A stretch of DNA of 63,224 bases, the filler included, from Octopus bimaculoides (lineage: Eukaryota): the NCBI RefSeq assembly GCF_001194135.2. It is 6 parts of 6 records of this genome, joined end to end, with 100 filler letters (N's around TTAATTAATTAA, not from the genome) between each part and the next. Parts side by side here need not be neighbours in the genome. Positions count along the whole stretch, not along the records: positions 56,184 to 60,076 come from NW_026370998.1; positions 60,177 to 61,382 come from NC_068982.1; positions 61,483 to 63,224 come from NW_026374263.1; 3 more parts are not named here. The stretch is one strand, 5' to 3'. The stretch's first letter is position 1, and each line of letters begins with the position of its first letter. The notes under the pieces are model-generated. The model was not told the origin of the DNA. It ran no database searches and worked only from the letters and a program-made list of their open reading frames with translations. Position numbers and translations under genes: made by a program. Positions 58,424 through 63,224 of the stretch are shown one piece after another.

Positions 58424-59092
58424 CGAAGGCCTTTAAAAGAAAAGAATCTTAGGCGCAGCCACACAGCATCTGACTATGATATTGAAAATATATCTACCTT
58501 AATGACACAATGTGCCACTCTGTCTTGGAACAGTACCTAATGACCGCACATCTAAAAGCCTATTAGGCTATGAGACAACTCTTAAAAGACAAGAATGGTA
58601 ACGACTCCAATGTTTAAATAAACAACAGAATCGTATAGAGTGACGGACTTTGTTAGACGTTTTAACACCAAAATATGAGCCTTTAGCGGTGACCACACTG
58701 CTTCAAATATCTTAGGCGCAACCAGACAGCATCTGGCTATGCTATTGAAAATGTATCTACCTTAAAGACACAATGTGCCACCCTGTCTTGGAACCGTACC
58801 TAATGACCGCGGATCTAAAAACCTATTAGGCCATGAGACAACTCTTAAAAGACAAGAATGGTCACGATTGCAATGCTTAAATAAACAACAGAATCGTATA
58901 GAGTGTTGGACTTTGTTAGACGTTTTAACACCAAAGAATGAGCCTTTAGCGGAGACCACACTGCTTCAAATATCTGGATCAGGTCTCCTGTTTACGAAGA
59001 ACTTTGTCCATTCATTTCACCAATTCCGAAGGCCTTTTAAAGAAAGAAAATCTTAGGCGCAGCCAGACAGCATCTGACTATGATATTGAAAA
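58424..59092. repeat. 264-bp tandem duplication plus a third partial unit forming about 68-bp terminal direct repeats
   Basis: atcttaggcgca begins at 58445, 58709 and 59050; cgaaggcctt recurs at 58424 and 59027. Confidence 0.9.
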
Positions 59093-59109
59093 TAAACAGC
59101 GTAAACATC

Positions 59110-59386
59110 AATTTTTTAATCATCGTCATCGTTGTTGTCATCTTCACAACTGTCATCGTTTTCCGCCGTCTTCGTTGTAACAATCACCACCTCGTTGTAA
59201 CGATCACCAGCGTCATCGCTGTTTCATCGTAGTCGTCATCGTCGTCTCCACCGTCATCAACTACCACTATACCACTGCTATCAACATCATCATCATCGTC
59301 ATCATAATCGTCGTCATCATCGTTGTCGTCAACATTATCGATATTATAACCAACAATATTACCACTGCAGTCGTCATCGTCACCAA

Positions 59387-59422
<36 letters not shown>

Positions 59423-59578
59423 TACTACTATCACCACTATCACCACCACTGCCATCATCATCATCATCATCATCATCATCACGACCACTATCATCAGCAC
59501 CACCGTTACCACTAACATCACCACCACCACTACCATCATCATCATCATCATCATCACCAGCACCACCATCACCGTTGC
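59110..59578. repeat. Cryptic trinucleotide repeat (CAT/CAC/CGT)
   Basis: Direct reading; gives the spurious Asp/Gly-rich ORF. Confidence 0.9.
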
Positions 59579-60035
59579 ATTTTATTCTTGCTGTCACCAT
59601 TATATTCCAGTTGCATCCATTTCTTTTTTCTATTACATTTCCTTTCACTTTATCTCGCATCCTTTCTGTTTCGTTTCTATTATTCGTTAATAGAAATCCG
59701 CACGTATGTGTATGCATACGAACATGTATGTATACACATGTATATTAATATATATATATATACACATATATATATCTGTATGATTTGCATGTGAGTGTCC
59801 ATGTATGCCGTTATATTAGGCGTGACTTTGTGTTTTTCGCGTATGCGCATGCTCCTCTGTATATATTTATGCACAAATGCATGCACGTATGTATGTTTAC
59901 GTGGTTATATACGTAAAATGTGCCAGGATGTTATATATGCATATATGTATCTAAATCTATACTGTATATACGTTTATGCATGCGTACATGTATACATGAG
60001 TGCATGTAAACATGCATACACTTACATGCGTGTAT

Positions 60036-60076
<41 letters not shown>

Positions 60077-61063
60077 NNNNNNNNNNNNNNNNNNNNNNNN
60101 NNNNNNNNNNNNNNNNNNNNTTAATTAATTAANNNNNNNNNNNNNNNNNNNNNNNNNNNNNNNNNNNNNNNNNNNNGTTGATGCAAACAGGAAAAATAGA
60201 ACTCAAAATATGAGTATATGTATATTATTATTAATATTTAGCTGAAGTAACAGAGTTACGTGAACATAAGTACAAAGCTATAATATTTTGTTTAAGGGAG
60301 ATCCCTTTATCTATCTATCTATCTATCTATCTTTCTATCCTCCTATCTAGCGATCTATCTATCTATCCATCTATATACATATATAAGTATGTGTATTTAT
60401 GTATGTTTATATATCTATATGTATATTATATATATATATATATATATATACATATATATATCTTTATATATATATATATATATATCTTTATATATATATA
60501 TATATATATCATGTCGAATAAAGATGAATAATCGCCTCTTTGTCCAAAGGTAAGCGACAGGTAAAAATTTTATCTTTTAATGCTGACAAGGAAGTGCTCT
60601 ATAGTTTCAATCACGCGTGCACATAAACTCACATCTCAAACAGAGATAGAGCAAGGTTTTTAGACTATGTATGGATTGAATAGTAGAAACAAGCCCAAGG
60701 ATCAATGAAAATGTCTTATTGATTTTAATCCTGTACACAAGTCTGGACATAAATGGTAAAATATTTAAATGATGAGCAACAAATACCATATTATTGAGTA
60801 ATCATTGTTGGCGACAGCTGTGAAAATGATTTAAACTTGCAAACGAACTACTGATAGCTTAATTTCTATTTCTAGTTGTTAGTTGTTGTTGCTATAGTAG
60901 TCTTTCATGCTGTCTCTGTAAGTTGTGTATGTCTGCATGTACACTTGTGTACCTATCTATCTATCTATGTATTGATCTGTATCTCTCTCTCGCTGTATAT
61001 TTTTAGACACATACACATATGCACACATATATATGTATATATATGTGTGTGTGTGCATGTGCA

Positions 61064-61082
<19 letters not shown>

Positions 61083-61103
<21 letters not shown>

Positions 61104-61382
61104 AGGGTGAAAAACTAGAGGTAGTCGATAGCTTCCGCTATCTGGGCGACCAAGTTAGTAGTGGGGGTGGGTGCGCTGAAAGTGTAGCTGCTAGAATAAG
61201 AATAGCCTGGGCAAAGTTTAGAGAGCTCTTACCCCTGCTGGCGACAAAGGGACTCTCACTCAGAGTAAAAGGCAGACTGTATGACGCATGCGTACGAACA
61301 GCCATGCTACATGGCAGTGAAACATGGGCTGTAACTGCTGAGGACATACGTAAGCTCGCAAGGAATGAAGCCAGTATGCTCC
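61083..61382 (+). mobile_element. RTE LINE fragment, same family as 3690-4030
   Basis: KGEKLEVVDSFRYLGDQVSSGGGCAESVAARIRIAWAKFRELLPLL. Confidence 0.9.
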
Positions 61383-63224
61383 NNNNNNNNNNNNNNNNNN
61401 NNNNNNNNNNNNNNNNNNNNNNNNNNTTAATTAATTAANNNNNNNNNNNNNNNNNNNNNNNNNNNNNNNNNNNNNNNNNNNNCAGTCGAGCAGAGATCAT
61501 CCGAAGGTGCGAGATAGCAGTAGCTTGAGACAACAGAATCACAGCACAATCATTTGGTGTCAAAAGTAAATCAATTGAGGTTTGAAAGCTCCAGCCATTA
61601 ATGTTAGATAAATATTAAAACCTNNNNNNNNNNNNNNNNNNNNNNNNNNNNNNNNNNNNNNNNNNNNNNNNNNNNNNNNNNNNNNNNNNNNNNNNNNNNN
61701 NNNNNNNNNNNNNNNNNNNNNNNNNNNNNNNNNNNNNNNNNNNNNNNNNNNNNNNNNNNNNNNNNNNNNNNNNNNNNNNNNNNNNNNNNNNNNNNNNNNN
61801 NNNNNNNNNNTTCTTTTTGTTTTTCAAAGTTTAATTCCAATATAATCTTAAACTACGCAACCTGAAAACTATTTGTAGAAAATCTCATTAAATAAAACTC
61901 CTTTTCTTGAAAATAATGAAAGAACTAAGTCGTTGTTGGGTGGGGGACACTTGTACAAATATGTCTCATTTACATNNNNNNNNNNGTTATATTTGAGATT
62001 TAATTTATGTGGTAAAACAGATTCTGGTTCGCAAAATACAAAATATTCGAAAGGACAACGTTTAAAGAATAAAGGGATTTAATAAGAGTAACTGTCCGTT
62101 GTACATTGTTATCAACGCATGCGCACTAGCCTTGTTTACAGTTTCTAACATGTTCATGTCTTCCGTCGTTATTTTATTCTTTCAACAACGAAAAACTCAT
62201 TTGCAACAATATTCTTTAAAAAATGTTGACAGTCTTTTAGTTTATCTCATGAATGGAATGGAGCGAAAATTTGACAGCAAATACATCAACGGGCAACGAA
62301 ATGCACTGAAAGAAGGCGCGCGCNNNNNNNNNNTGTGTGTGTGTCCGCCCGCCCCCCATTATTGTTTATCTGCGATTCGCTGATTTCTCTCTCACCTCAT
62401 ACCCCTCTCTCTCTCACTAACCTTGTATACCTTTCCACTTGTCTTTCCTTCACTTTCTCTCTCTCTCTTCCCCTCTTTCTCTCCCTTGTCCCTCCGCCTC
62501 TTTTGCATCCCACCCACTTTACACTCTCCCTCTCTTACTAAACAGAATTATCATGCATCTCCCACCCCTCTCCCTGACACCTCGTTATATATTACTTTCT
62601 AATTNNNNNNNNNNNNNNNNNNNNNNNNNNNNNNNNNNNNNNNNNNNNNNNNNNNNNNNNNNNNNNNNNGCCTTCCCTACTCCCTTTCTTTCTCGATGTG
62701 AATCATTCTCTCTTTCTCTCTCTTACATTCTCACTTTACATGTCTGTTCCATCCTATCTCGCTTTCTCTCTCACTNNNNNNNNNNATTCTCACTTTACAT
62801 GTCTGTTCCATCCTATCTCGCTTTCTCTCTCACTCTCTAATTATTTAAATTTTTTATCACAAGGGCAGCTTGTGGGAGGGGATTAAGTCGATTACATCGA
62901 CCCCAATGCTTAACTGGTACTTATTTAATTGACTCTGCAAGGAACATCCCAGAACGGACGTTATGTGTATTTACTGGGCGAAAACACCTAAACGTCCTCG
63001 AGGGTCCGGCAGGGGATGGTGACGAACCCTGCTCTACTCTTTCACCACAACTNNNNNNNNNNNNNNNNNNNNNNNNNNNNNNNNNNNNNNNNNNNNNNNN
63101 NNNNNNNNNNNNNNNNNNNNNTGTGTCACGCTGAATCTCCCCGAAAACTACGTTAAGGGTACACGTGTCTGGAGTGCTCAGCACGTTGATTTCACGAGCA
63201 GGCTGTTCCGTTGATTGGATCAAC

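Noticed and set aside
59184-59717. 177-aa Asp/Gly-rich ORF and other poly-I/L/N/ER/HT ORFs in the track
   Set aside because: Translations of microsatellites; no splice or domain support.
62727-62835. About 50-bp direct repeat on either side of a 10-N gap
   Set aside because: Identical sequence flanking a gap; unmerged overlap.

Overview
AT-rich, repeat-dense animal genomic DNA from a gapped draft assembly. The SINE, RTE and microsatellite families look octopod, which is my inference rather than a database match. The only supportable protein-coding gene is the 3' half of a P5B-type ATPase (ATP13A3-like, predicted polyamine transporter) on the minus strand. I traced 12 GT-AG exons between 42199 and 20038. 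All junctions are phase-consistent except one, which needs a missing 3n+1 exon that probably lies in the N-gap at 27470-27781. The N-terminal half (PPALP, DKTGT) was not found in the window. The rest is tRNA-derived SINEs (some in tandem or inverted arrays), decayed RTE LINEs, one RLE-type LINE tail, Tc1/mariner and hAT remnants, MITEs, a 91-bp Helitron-like element, fold-back palindromes and microsatellites. Three signals stand out. (1) Three sequence-unrelated families of minimal type I hammerhead ribozyme motifs; one sits in an element built as tRNA-like Pol III head + (AAT)n + Penelope-like tail, with an inverted 5' arm and a 13-bp TSD. (2) A 167-bp, 4-mismatch antisense copy of an ATP13A splice acceptor plus half-exon, located in an upstream intron 12 kb away, which could form pre-mRNA dsRNA. 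(3) A sharp switch in CpG decay of the same SINE families at the 44.3-kb scaffold join.
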